The notes under the pieces were generated by a model, which did no database searches, had not been told where the DNA came from, and saw nothing but the letters and a program-made list of their open reading frames with translations. A stretch of DNA of 38,053 nucleotides, from NCBI GenBank assembly GCA_000320545.1, contig ADNK01001097.1, positions 1 to 38,053 of the forward strand. The letters run 5' to 3'. Source of the DNA: Bigelowiella natans CCMP2755 (lineage: Eukaryota > Protista > Cercozoa). Shown one piece after another: positions 37,023-38,053 of the stretch (position 1 is its first letter; every line of letters begins with the position of its first letter). A program made the translations under genes and the position numbers.

Positions 37023-38053
37023 AATATATCTCTGTATGCATATTTATATATAATATTCACATATGAATCCACGTATAGGACGGAAAGACGGTAGCTGTGA
37101 AGAAGATAGCAAAGTCGCGATTCATGGGTAACCCTAAACGAGCCGGAAAGTACCTCGCTACTTTTTCTGCAGAGGTGCTGCGTACAAACCATGTCATGGG
37201 TGGTTGAGCGATAGATAGACAAATACACCTTGGTTCTTCTTCTTCTTGTTTCCCCCTCCTTCACTCTCTTATCCGGCATCCTCTTTCATTCTCTCAAGTT
37301 TGGTGTACCGGTTCCTCCCCTCCTCCTCCTCCTCTTTCCCAAATAAACCAAACGGCGCTGCTTAGGTACAGATAATGCAAAGGCTCGACCATAAGTACTG
37401 CATAAAGTTCTATGAGGCGTTTGAGGTAGTCAAGACGGCTAAGGGGCCATGCAGAGAGCCATACTCCTCTTCTCTGCTGATTCGTCCTTCCCCTCTCATC
37501 TATTCCTTAGGACTCGAATTTCCTCTACCTGGCTATGGAGCTGTGCACGGGGGGCGAGTTATTCGATAGAATCGTCGCCAAGAAGAGGTACTGCTACTAG
37601 CTCATAACAACACGTTCGACCATGGAAGTTATGCTTGCGTGTATGTGTATGTGTGTGTGTGTTTTGTGGATATTCGTCGCAGACATACCGAGGCTGACGC
37701 TGCCAGAATTCTCAAGATGATTTTCGAGGGTACATCGAGTGGGCGTTTACTATATGAACAAAATTATGCGTGTGTTGATGTGATGAGCTCGATTCATGAC
37801 ACGATGCCGCCAGCGCTAATAAAATCCAATAAAATCCACATTGTTACATGCTCATCGATAATAAATACCCCTCTTTCTTTTGGAACATCAACCTTGTCAG
37901 GCTTAGCTTATTGCCATCATAATGGCCTCGCGCACTGCGACCTCAAGCCGGACAATGTGCGTACAACGAAGAGACGGAAGGGGGGGGGGGGATTTGAGGG
38001 AATGCAATGTATGAACTTGTAGGCGCAAGTTCATTTCTCCCCTCCCGCCCCCG
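36161..38053 (+). CDS. CAMK-group/CDPK-like Ser/Thr kinase, 5' part (runs off the window)
   Basis: MGVCSS N-acylation-type start; LGQPGQFGEAW, VAVKKIAK, IMQRLDHKYCIKFYEAFE, LYLAMELCTGGELFDRI, EADAARILKMIFEGLAYCH, HCDLKPDN. EF hands are not visible in the window. Confidence 0.88.
36442..36597 (+). repeat. ~49-bp intronic direct repeat separated by (GT)n
   Basis: ccggaaatctacatatgcatgcatgtaaaataa(c/t)aagcatggacatat at ~36442 and ~36549. Confidence 0.85.
36870..36944 (+). repeat. 37-bp tandem duplication at the start of the kinase-domain exon
   Basis: atacaaatttgaaaagaggcttgggcagcctggtcaa (36871-36907) is followed by atgcaaatttgaaaagaggcttgggcagcctggtcaa (36908-36944). Confidence 0.95.

Overview
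Gene-dense, intron-rich eukaryotic nuclear DNA, most likely from a chlorarachniophyte or other rhizarian alga. This is an inference from a bipartite plastid-type presequence on an ABC1 kinase, a GQPGQFG kinase G-loop and microsatellite-filled introns. In order: the 3' part of a DUF3011-like lectin-domain gene (+), intronless DIM1 (-), a small two-intron HNH nuclease gene (+), a signal-peptide/ankyrin/SAM-like gene (-), RPS28 (+), a ~12.8 kb giant type I membrane protein gene (fibro-slime/PA14, L-type lectin, Ig/filamin-like repeats, many CxDGxC repeats, TM, coiled coil) (-), a divergent GAS2-like CH+GAR gene (+), a degenerate inverted-repeat element, a weak hypothetical gene (+), an ABC1 kinase (-) and the 5' part of a CDPK-like kinase (+). 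The most unusual signal is non-coding. Discrete intergenic patches, mostly downstream of convergent 3' ends, have lost TpA dinucleotides (none in ~920 nt at 26741-27660) while keeping CpG, and the surviving TpA sits almost only in CTAG/TAG/CTA contexts. This looks like a targeted TpA->CpA/TpG hypermutation process, opposite in direction to fungal RIP. Gene models, domain calls and counts were made by eye and need RNA-seq and HMM confirmation.
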